This document shows, one piece after another, positions 54,501 through 64,000 of a DNA stretch of 64,000 nucleotides. The stretch's first letter is position 1; each line of letters begins with the position of its first letter. The stretch spans positions 4,940,747 to 5,004,746 of the forward strand of contig CAJINV010000001.1 in NCBI GenBank assembly GCA_905178155.1. The letters run 5' to 3'. The position numbers and the translations under genes were made by a program. Origin of the DNA: Amoebophrya sp. A120. Its lineage: Eukaryota > Protista > Dinoflagellata. A model generated the notes under the pieces. It worked only from the letters and a program-made list of their open reading frames with translations. It did no database searches and was not told where the DNA came from.

Positions 54501-57500
54501 GGCTCCCGCGGTTGCTTTCAATTTGGAACATTCCAAATGGAAAACATCCAACCAACCACAGCCTCGAAAAAAGGGAAGAATATGAGCAACAAAAGCCGGA
54601 ACACCGATCGGCCCCACACATGAACCCGACAAAACACCAGAGCCCGACCCAGGTGAACCAGCAAAATGTCGGCCAATCTTCAAAATTCCCGAAAATTTGC
54701 CACATTATTCCCCCGAAAAATGGCCCGGGCCTGTTCGCCTGAAGGCGTGCCTGCCGGGAGGCTGTGCCTCTTTTCGGGCGCAAGGCAGCCGCCCGAGGGC
54801 GGCCCGGCTGGCGGGCAGGAACAAAGGGCAGGCGCCGGGCGGCGAAACTTTTCCGACCCTCTACCGAAAACTCTGCCGGAAACTTTGCCGAGAACTTGCC
54901 GAAAACTTTCCCCCGGACTTTCCCGAAAAGTCGGCGAAAACCTTCCGCGAAACCTTCCCCAAAAATTCTCCCGTTTAAAAGTCGACCAAAAGTTACAGAC
55001 CGGGATTTGAAAAGTCAACCAAAAGTTTTCGGGTCCGAAAATGATCCCGAAGCGGGAAAGTTTCGGGAAAGTTCGGGGGAAAGTTTTCGGCAAGTTCTCG
55101 GCAGATTTTCGGCACTCAGACAGAAGATTTCGCCGCCCCCTCAAAAGCCGAAAAGCCTGAAGGCGTGGCAGGCTGCGCATCCGCCAGGCTTGCGAAGAAT
55201 CCTGCTGCCCCCCCCCTTTTTTACATGGCTGAGGCGGTCTCCCCGAAAATGGGGACAGAGCCTCCTGGGCGAACTTATTGCGCGCGCCGGCGCAGCAAGA
55301 TGTGAGGGGCGCCCCGCGCGTGCCCCTGCTGCGCCGGCGCCCTTTCTACTCGCGAAAAGCCGGCCGCGCAAGGCCGCCGCGACCGAGGCGGGGCACTCTG
55401 GAGCGTGCGGCGGCATGGTCTCGGCGCTTTGTATGTAAATGCGGGGGGGCGGCGAATATGAAAGAGAAAGGGGCAGGCCGGACGGCCTCTAGCTAGCGCC
55501 AAAAGAAGGGCGCCACGCCAAAACGTGAGGCGCAAGCAGCTCCAACGAAGCGCGCCACGCCATGCGGCCCGCAGGAACTTGCGAGGCCGGGCCGCGCGGC
55601 GTGCTGCGCCCCTACTTCAATGCGCCAAACATAGCCGCCGGGGCGGAGATAATGAGGCCGGCGCCGCTTCTTTGCCCGCCGACCTCTGCCCGCGCCACGT
55701 TTTTGCTTTTTCTGGGCCCGCCGTGCCGGGGCGGGTAAGGTTATGCCGCACGGTATGGCGGCCGGTTGGGGAAAATGGCAGTCGTTGGGCAACTTGCCAA
55801 AACGCCTTCCCGAAAGCCAACCCCGACGCTATCGGGCCGTCCCGGGCACCGCGGGGGGCGCCCAAAAACCGAAGGAAAAGCGGGCCCATAGGATGCGGGC
55901 TGGCTTCGCGCGCTTGGCGCGTTTCTTCTTTTTTGCGTTGTGTGTTATTTTTCGCGCCCGCGCCTTTTGCAAAGCTAGCGCCCCCCGCTGAGAACCCGGC
56001 ATAAGGGCGGCCGCTTTCGATTCGCGCCCGGTTTCGCGGCCCTGCCATACGGCTTCGCTGTTCTGGCTTCGGGCGAGTTTTTTGGGGCGCCCTTTTGGGC
56101 GCCCCAAGTCACACGCCAGAATCCCACGCGGCCGGCGCCTGAGAAGGGTGCCACGTTTGCCGTCCCCCCTACGTCATTTTTTCAGTCTTTCTACCGGCGG
56201 CCGACTGAGCCCGCCGGCGACTGCATTCATTGAAGACAAAAGCAAACAGGCGGGCGCGCTTGGGTTTTTTTCATCTTCAACATGCGAAAAAACGCGAGCC
56301 AACGCCCCAAGCCCCCGGCCGTTTTTGGCGGTTCTTGTCAGGAAAGCTGCAGAGATAGAGCCGGCCCACGGGGTCGCTACAGTACATCTTACAAGAGAAG
56401 GCAAACCACCCAGGCACACAGGCTCGTGCTGGAGAGCAACATACCAGAGGGGCCACGGGGCCCCCGCCCGCCGGCTCGCTTGTGGGGCGGGCCACCCGGG
56501 GGAGTTGCGTTATCCATTTCCTGAACCAAAGAACACCCCACCGGGGAAGCCCACCCAACCGGGAGAGGTCGGCCACACATCGCGACGCCCGCCGCACGCA
56601 CGGACGGCCTGGCGCGAGAGGTCGGCCCACCATCGCGCGCCATACCATGCGGTCCGACGTCGGACCGCATGGTATGCTGCCTCTCTGCTTCTCTCGTTCA
56701 AACAGTCGAAGCAGAATAGACGGGCAACAGAAATAGACAGGTGGCGCCACCACAACGCGCCACAGACCCATATCACGCGCCGGCCATCGGGGTGGCCCCC
56801 CGACCGCAGGCCCTTGACACTTCTGCCACCGCTAGCGAGTCGAGCGGAGGAGCCGCCTCTGCCCGTTGGTTGCAAAAGGGGGGCGCCTTTGGCGCGCGCT
56901 TCGGTCGCGTCGCGTAACCGCGGAAAGGCGGGCAGGATACAGAATTCCGGGGCGCGACGGCCTCTATTTTGTAAGTAAGAATGGCCAAGCGGCGGGCCAG
57001 AATGTAGGGGGCTAAAGGTACGTAGGACCGCGCGCGGCCGGCGTGCCATCCAAGGCACCGCGGCGGGGCGGCGCGCCCATTCGGGCCCTGGCAGCCAGTG
57101 CCATTGCTTATTTAAAAGGCGCTCAGGGCGAAGAGGGCCGACGCGCCCCGGCATTTCCGAAGCGCGAGGCGGCGATCAACATCCGGGCGAATACTGAAAG
57201 GCCAAAGGCCAGCGCCCGCGCACCACTTCAAAAGGTGCACAAAATGCGCACAGGGCCCCACAGCGCTCGCGAATAATCGCGAACAACCGACCACGGAGGC
57301 GCTGCCCGTCCGATGCGCGGCGGGTGGCATTTCCCGCAGCCTGCTTGGAGGCGTCGATCAAAATGGCAGGCAGCTGGCGGGCACACGCCGCGGCGAAGAG
57401 GTGCCGCCCTTTCATGCTCTGCCACTCCCAAAGTGCGGACTTACCAGCAACAGGCAGCACGGTCCAAACAATTTTCGCAAAGCATGGATTGCCGACGATC

Positions 57501-57579
57501 AAAATAGCGATTTTGCCAAAAGTCAAAGTAAAAGTTTTGGAAAAGTCGCTATCCCGTTTCAATTACCCCTTTTCCCTTG
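51508..57579. mobile_element. 6.07-kb non-coding fold-back TIR element with TA TSD (Tc1/mariner-type ends)
   Basis: TA|CAAGGGAAA...ACTTTTCCAAAACTTTT..TTTGACTTTT mirrored at the right end CCCTTG|TA; internal diverged inverted arms ~52100-52830 and ~55600-56350. Confidence 0.75.
54120..54460. repeat. CCAATTGG-based ~12-bp degenerate tandem array
   Basis: About 20 CAATT/AATTG cores near the centre of the 6-kb element. Confidence 0.85.
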
Positions 57580-59076
57580 TAAGTCATCACGAGAAGCAGC
57601 TAGAAGGACCACGAGAAGATGACAACATGAAATTACGTAGTAGACAATCGACAGGACGCGGAAGAGTCGTCACTTCTTTTCCACCAAATTTCGTTTTCGT
57701 TTCGGATCCAATACCTCCACGATACATTCCACGGCTGCTCAGCTCTGTCGTCCTCGTCTTGTTCACAGATAATTTGAACAAGATGAACAAAAGAGTTTCT
57801 CGAATCAACACAGCAAGCAATGGCGGACATAACCATCACGCTGCTGCACACGCCTGCAACAAAGAATTTTCTGTACGTTCAAAAGTTGAAGAGGAAGTAA
57901 AAATTTTGTGGAAATTCTCACACGTCGGACGGCCACCTGCATACAAACGGGCGAGGGGTGCTGCCCCAAATAATTTTTCGAGTAGTTGTTTTTCGGTTAT
58001 TGAAGCGATTTGTTCCTGCTGACATTTATTTACCGCTGTTGCAGCAGTGCAGTTTTGCTTTACGCGAGCGCTTCTCAAACCTTAAATTCGCGCACCCGAT
58101 ACCTCTTCTTCTTCTTCTTGTTCGTTTGACGTGCAGATTGTTTATTTTATTTTAGTACTACAAGCGATCTTCATGTTCATGCGAGCGGGACATTAATATA
58201 TTTAGCGTATAATTCCGTGTGCTACAAATTTGCTGGATTCTGGAGGTACTGGTTCGACGACTTATGAGTAACAAAAACTTTACATACTTCGTAGTTCTGT
58301 GGCACGGTTTTTGCCGCTTTTCTGTCGATCATGGTGCCACTTCTGCTTAATATGCATGCTACTTCTGCAGCTCCTGGAACCCTGGAATAAGTCATCCACC
58401 ACCCTCGTCTGTCAATATAGGATAAGAAAGCACGTCCACAACACACGGAGTATAGAGCAGGGGAATAAAAATGAAGGAGAAAGTAAACAAAAATTAGTGC
58501 GGTCACTAGGTCGTTCATACTTACTGGGGGGAATAGATTGAAGAAGAAACTGAGACAAGCGAAATTTTAATTTGTAGAAAACAAGCGAAATTTGGACAGA
58601 AATCTAGGATCGATAATGTACATACATGAGAAATGTGAGGGTCGTTAAAAATAAAGAGCAGAATGCGTAATGTTAAACTGTAAAACTAAACGTAAAATTG
58701 TGATAGAGCTCGATGATAGTGATAAACATATGAATGTAGTATAATCTGCGTTTTTTTTACAAAAGTCGTCCTCAAAGCACTGTTTCAATCATGATCAACG
58801 TCGGTCTGGTGAAGCTACATTCATCAACGAGAGTTTTCAAATCTGACTTCATCCTCCACAAAAAAAATGAGCGCTCCTTGTCCTTATCTGACGCTCAATT
58901 GTGGTCCTCTCATGTCTTTCGATTTATTTGTGTGTGCAGAAGATATTTGAATTTGATACACATGGGATTTGAATCGAATGAAGGTGTAATCTACTTCTAT
59001 TACACCCCGCATCAAGACAGAGAACCATCACCATCCCGTCCTCTGGAATCCTCCATCGTTGCAGCGCTCCTGCTGC

Positions 59077-59136
59077 TATGAACTGCAAATATGTCTGGGT
59101 CCGGGAGATGGCGAGATTTGTCATGCTAGTCTGGCA
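59077..59136. mobile_element. Left 60 bp of a family-A-like introner, interrupted by an insertion; right end not found in the window
   Basis: TATGAACTGCAAATATGTCTGGGTCCGGGAGATGGCGAGATTTGTCATGCTAGTCTGGCA. Confidence 0.8.
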
Positions 59137-59365
59137 CCTTGATATTCCCGATTCACACTCGGGGGGACTGGAACTTTCGCGAGACCAAACGAGATGGCAA
59201 GCGAGGTCCGCGCGCCCCCCCTGGAGGTGAGATGCGAGGGTGGCCCTGTATTGTGATCTGCAATCTGCATTAGACCACACAGGAAATGAGGAAGTTGGAG
59301 AAGGATCCTAGATGATCATGAGCGACACTATGGAACGCTCCAACAACCTCAGCCAACCACTGCCC
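59137..59365. mobile_element. Insertion homologous to 20068-20291 (extends further right; end unknown)
   Basis: Shared colinear blocks CCCCTGGAGGTGAGA..CGAGGGTGGC, CAGGAAATGAGGAAGT and ACAACCTC.GCCAACCACTGCCC. Confidence 0.75.
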
Positions 59366-61002
59366 TCGCATTCACAAGAGACCTGCCAAGGCAGACTCAA
59401 CTCCGGAGAATCTTCCCGAAGCCGACCTCTAAGTTCGGCCTGGTCGGCAACGAGGCAATGTCCTCAGGGGCCGTTAGGAACCTCCCGAAACAACCGTCAA
59501 CGAGCTCCAGCGCCAGGAAGCCGCTGACGAAAGAAACGCACAGACTGTTCCCAGTGGCAAGAACAGAAAGGCAGGGACATAGGTGAACCGACAGTGACAC
59601 CAACTCGACCAAGGTAACCCAGAGTTCCGGACCCGGGGAACACTGGGGACCACGCGGCAGAAGCGCAGCACAAAGACGCCTGAAGTGTTCCCAACCGCCA
59701 GTCAAGCAGCAGCCAAAAGTCAACGGAGGCAGCAGCAGAAGCCACTCAGGTACTCCACCGAAGACGAGAGGAGCCGCAAGACCCGGAGCAAGCTCCGACG
59801 GCCACAACAGACGCTTCTACTGTCGCAACACCACTGGGGACGAAGACAGAGGGCAAGGCAAGAGCCTCGCGCAACGGGAATTTCCCACCGAGCCATGTCA
59901 ACGACCTCACATGAGAAGGCGCACCAGGACGGCCACGAGAGGGGATAATCTAAGGCACCCCGCATTCAGCCCCGTCTACACCACCGAGGACGACGAGCAT
60001 CTCTCGTCATTATGTTCACCGGATCCATCGTCAAAATTTCACGTCGTGCACGCCGCTCTGCCTCGAGGCATTGTCACTCGTCCGCTAGACACACTCCCAC
60101 TCCACTTCGATGGAAGGCCAGACATCGCGACAACATAGCACAGCAGGGTTAGGAGTGGCTGTGCTGAGTCGCGTCTGGAGAGGGAAGCTTTAAGGAGCAC
60201 CAGGCTGCCCGATTGTCCTATTTGGGCGAGTTTTGTTGTCGCCCCCGACCGCCCCCCGTCGCGGTAGCTGGCATCACTTCTGCTCGGGGAAGCCGTCTAG
60301 CCCTCGGCCATGGCAGAGGCTTCTGTCTGTCAATCGCATACCGGGCGTCGCTTGTGTACGCGGCTAAGGTTTCCGAAGTTGCTGCGTGTCGTCTTTCGCT
60401 CGTAGCAGATAGGTTTGTAGTAAGTATGGAACTGTAAAAGGCAAGGCAGAAATGTGCTTGATCCTGATGCGAGAAGGCTGGAATTAGAGCGGCCATGGCT
60501 GAGCATGACACGACTTTCACTACATCTTCCGCAATACATGAGATGTCAGCATGACAAACCGATGTTTTTGTAGTTTGATTTTCTATAACGCATCACTTGA
60601 CATCCAAGAAAACAGAAGGAAGAGGAAGCTAGAGAAAGACCGAGCTTCTGCCTTGACTTACGCCTCAGATATTTTGTTGGATCCATCCGGCGATGCCGTG
60701 GTGGAAGCTTGCCCCCTCCACCCTGTTTCAACACTACAAGAACTTAGTGCGCCGGCCCACACAATTCGAAGTGATATACGTTGGGCTCCTGCGCTCATGC
60801 TCGTCGTCAGCGTCGATAGCTGCGAGCAACACTTATCTCATCTCCCGGATCCGTCGCCGCTCGCTCTCGACGGCACTGGCCTCCGCTCGCATCCGCCGCA
60901 TGGCTCCGCCTAGGTGTGGCCGCGCGACAGCAAGGTCAGAAAGTCTTCGCGCCGCAACCTCGTAAGCCATTCCCACATCGACACTTCTCGTGTACAGCGG
61001 CA

Positions 61003-61375
61003 GAAACTAGGCGCGGAGCCGCAAGTAGTGAGTGTCTGTTTGTCTTCAGACACGACCTGAAACTGGAAAACTGCTTCGCTGAGCTCGAGTGCGAGGTAAG
61101 CCCGGGAACGTAACCCGCCGCGAAAACTAGGCGTGGGGCCGCAAGTGACGCACGCATGTTTGTCTTCAGACACGAGCTGAAAATGGAAAACCACTGCGCC
61201 GGACTCGAGGACTACCTGGGAACTTAGCTCGCACCCCTGGCGAGGGCGAGCAGAAACTAGGCGCGGAGCCGCCAGTAGTGAGTGTCTGTTTGTCTTCAGA
61301 CACGAGCTGAAAGTGGAAAACCACTGCGCCGGACTCGAGGACAGCCTGGGAACTTGACTCGCACCCCGGGCGAGG
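61003..61375. repeat. Three-copy ~120-130-bp degenerate tandem repeat
   Basis: AAACTAGGCG.GG.GCCGC...TGTTTGTCTTCAGACACGA.CTGAAA.TGGAAAAC occurs three times. Confidence 0.85.
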
Positions 61376-62092
61376 ACGGGGGACGCGATTTAGCATTAGA
61401 AGAGGGCCTTGCTGTGGGGCTGGCAGTCGATGTCCATCAAGGCCGCGCTTGTTGCTGGATAATCTTATGGTCGCGCTCGGGATAGGAAAGCTGGCGCGTA
61501 GTGAGGTCTGTTTACTGAGGAGATATACGTTCATGTTATGCAGATCGCCGATCTGAAAAACGCATGACAGAAACACGCCAAGCACAGGGAGGCAAGGCCG
61601 AACAAGACACAACCGAGAAATAAGAAAACGGAAACCCAATACGCAAGTGGAAAGCGACATGTGCACGGACCTCACCAGCAGCTTTGAGCAGACATATCTT
61701 GCCCCAGTTGACGACGCGGAGGATGTGTATCGGTTCTCCGCGTTGCACTACCAATTGCACCCAAAAGGAGGGCGCCTCCCGTCCTGCAGCTGTACACTAG
61801 CATAGACACGTTTGCCGTAGCAACGGGATAGACACGTCTTCATTTTTTCACTGCGAGGAGTCGCCGACGGGCGCGTCCGCTTTTAAATCGCTCCTTGTCC
61901 GCTCGTGATTGCGCTCAGCTCTTGGGCTCGGTCTGGATGCGTCGGCTGTCATCTTGTCCTCATTTCAAGAACCAGATGTGTTGCCAGTGGGGTTACATTG
62001 AAGTCTCTCACGCGGAGACCAAGACAGCTCCGCTTGCGGCCACCGGGCTTGCGCCTGCGAAGAGTCTGACCCGGCTTCCGTACGTGGCAGGA

Positions 62093-62562
62093 CCTAGGAT
62101 TGGCCTGCGCCGCCCCTTGCGGGGCACTGGCTATCTCGGTGCTAATTTTTGAACCGTCGAAGCCCATGCGCAACCCGGCGACCCAAATGACCGCCGCGCC
62201 AGGGAGGCAAAGAAAAAAACAAAAAAAGGAAGGCGCAAACGCGCAAGGCCAACAGCCCAGGCCCCCCAGGCACAGAGGCATCGCGCCTATTTTTTTGCCT
62301 ATTTCGCGCCTAATTCCCGGGCTATTGGTTTTCGCAGCGAAAAAAAAAAGTCGCCGAAATTAGACAAAAAATAGGCAAGCACGGCCGGGGAATCAGACAA
62401 AAAAATAGACAGGAAATTAGGCAAAAAAATAGATACAAAATTAGACAAGGAATTAGACAAAGAATTAGCAAGGAAATAGGCAAAAAACCAAACACGAAAA
62501 CCGTAGGATAAATAGCACAGAAATAGGCGCGAAATGGCAAGGGGAGGCGCCGCCTAACTAGG
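62093..62562. mobile_element. ~470-bp MITE-like element with A-rich internal repeats
   Basis: Imperfect ~55-bp TIR CCTAG...GCGCC.CCCCTTGC...CTAT.TC.GTGCTA; AATTAGACAA-type repeats inside. Confidence 0.55.
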
Positions 62563-62825
62563 AACACGGCGACTTGTTCCCAGTTCACAGCAAGCGTTCA
62601 ACTTTAGGTCGTAGGCGGCTCGCCCAGGTGAAGATGTATAGTAGCAGACGCAGTCAACTTAAGTACAAGGGAAAGAGACATCGCTTAATCGAACCTACTC
62701 AGTGCCTTGAGGTCGTGCTCAGTGCTTTGAGGTCGTAAGCGGCTCTAATTATCAGAGACCGAGAGCACCGCCAGAAGGGAGCCCGGCTAGCCGCGTCTCG
62801 CGGATTTACGTCCACGACCATCTTT

Positions 62826-64000
62826 TCATGACCCGACTGCAGAAGGCCGGGGGCTGGTTAGCGGGCTGCCGTCACCACCCTGCGTCGCGGCCCCTTCGAC
62901 GTCGTACTCCTCCATCGGCACCACGACGACTTCTATTGATTCCGGTGGCGCTCCCTGCACAGGCGGGAGGCTAGGCTCGTTATGGGAGGCGCGTTGCGTG
63001 TTCATTTCGTCGATCTCGCTGTCCTGCGTCGCGACGTGACATAGGAACTCACTAATTGCCTGCGAGGGAGCATCGAAGGGGTTCGGAGCAACGTTCTGCG
63101 GATCCGATAGCAGCGCATCGATGCGACTGATGTCGATCAACTCGTGTAGGCCGTCATCGCTTGTACTGGCTCCCACCTCGTCCCGGAACCCTTCGTGGGA
63201 TCTCGTGATTAATGCCGCGAGAGCCCGCGCTTCTTCGTCGTCAACTGGCCGCTCTTCCCGCTCTTGGCGGGCCGGGGAGGGTGGAGGCCATTCGTCTTCC
63301 CCCAGGCCTTCTGGCCCATGAACGAGGGTCAACACTTTTCGCGCCACTCCTACTTTGTCCGCCAACCCGTGCTGGAAGTTCGGCGGCTGTATCTCGTCGC
63401 CCTTTAGGAGCTTCACCATGGCGGCGCAGCGGAAACTCACGAGGTGATGCACTATGGCCGTCCACCCCACGTCGGCCTCGCTTTCTTCTAGCGTCTCGAA
63501 CTCGTCCTCGTCCCCCTTGCGCTTCCGCTTGTTGCTCGTTTTTAGCGCGTCTATTTTACACCTACACTTTCCGCAATACAAGCGACCCATGTGCCACCAG
63601 CAACCCAATCCGGCTATTAGGTCGCTGCCGTCCCCTGGCAGTAGACTGAACGCCGTGCGTGCCCGGGCGGCATCGAGAGATTTTAGGAGGTCACGGGCAC
63701 ACCCCCACTCCGCAATTAGGGTGGAGCGCATGGAGGATGACGGGTGCGATTCCGCACGCTCTTTGAGGTCTTCACGGAGGGCTTCGCGCATCAGGTGGCG
63801 GAGCTCGTTCGCCACCACATGCACCGGCACCGTCGCGGAAAACCACCTGTCCAGGGAAATTGCGGGCAGGGCCCCCACGAGGTTCTTGGAAAGCGATTGC
63901 GCCAGATCCACCTCCCGACTTAGCGACACATCGGAGTGGCTTGGCACCCACTGCAAAAGAATCCGCACGCCGGGGAGCTTGCTTTTGATGAAGGCAAGTT
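62826..64000 (-). CDS. C-terminal part (RNase H end and Cys/His motif) of a second non-LTR retrotransposon ORF running off the window
   Basis: LQWVPSH RNase H motif, YCGKC...HHLVSFRC. Confidence 0.65.
   Translation of the reverse strand, partial: LAFIKSKLPGVRILLQWVPSHSDVSLSREVDLAQSLSKNLVGALPAISLDRWFSATVPVHVVANELRHLMREALREDLKERAESHPSSSMRSTLIAEWGCARDLLKSLDAARARTAFSLLPGDGSDLIAGLGCWWHMGRLYCGKCRCKIDALKTSNKRKRKGDEDEFETLEESEADVGWTAIVHHLVSFRCAAMVKLLKGDEIQPPNFQHGLADKVGVARKVLTLVHGPEGLGEDEWPPPSPARQEREERPVDDEEARALAALITRSHEGFRDEVGASTSDDGLHELIDISRIDALLSDPQNVAPNPFDAPSQAISEFLCHVATQDSEIDEMNTQRASHNEPSLPPVQGAPPESIEVVVVPMEEYDVEGAATQGGDGSPLTSPRPSAVGS

Noticed and set aside
51569-57562. Many Arg/Pro/Gly-rich ORFs as a possible transposase or viral genes
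   Set aside because: No recognisable motif; expected from high GC content and inverted repeats.
60495-60580. Right end of the 59077 introner
   Set aside because: It has CATGAC motifs but no GTCTGG-complementary TIR core, no ATA terminus and no GCTGC repeat.

Overview
Eukaryotic (alveolate-like) genomic DNA, not prokaryotic. Every recognisable host gene lies on the minus strand. The genes are interrupted by at least 27 short inverted-repeat elements from about 9 unrelated sequence families. Nearly all begin TAT and end ATA, and 25 are flanked by a recognisable 5-bp direct repeat. Removing each element plus one repeat copy rejoins the reading frame in all 25 cases, and none can be placed at GT-AG, GC-AG or AT-AC boundaries. 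They are therefore non-canonical introner-type introns, an architecture reported for the parasitic dinoflagellate Amoebophrya (organism assignment is inference). Splicing them out by hand reconstructs a DnaJ-domain gene, a kinesin with 10 such introns and a ~1560-aa alanine-racemase-domain gene with 8. Other content: an RRM gene; a GAF/thioredoxin-like gene ending at an AAA-TAA site with an open +1 frame; a full-length 7.7-kb non-LTR retrotransposon (13-bp TSD) whose OTU-protease ORF1 is in frame with APE-RT-RNaseH across a single TGA; several non-coding TIR elements (1.3, 1.8, 6.1 and 0.5 kb); and the 3' end of a second LINE. The most novel signal is two related sequences inserted at exactly nucleotide 60 of two different introners, suggesting a retroelement that targets introners. 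A 4.45-kb exact duplication next to an N (31637-36085 = 36163-40611) is probably an assembly artefact.
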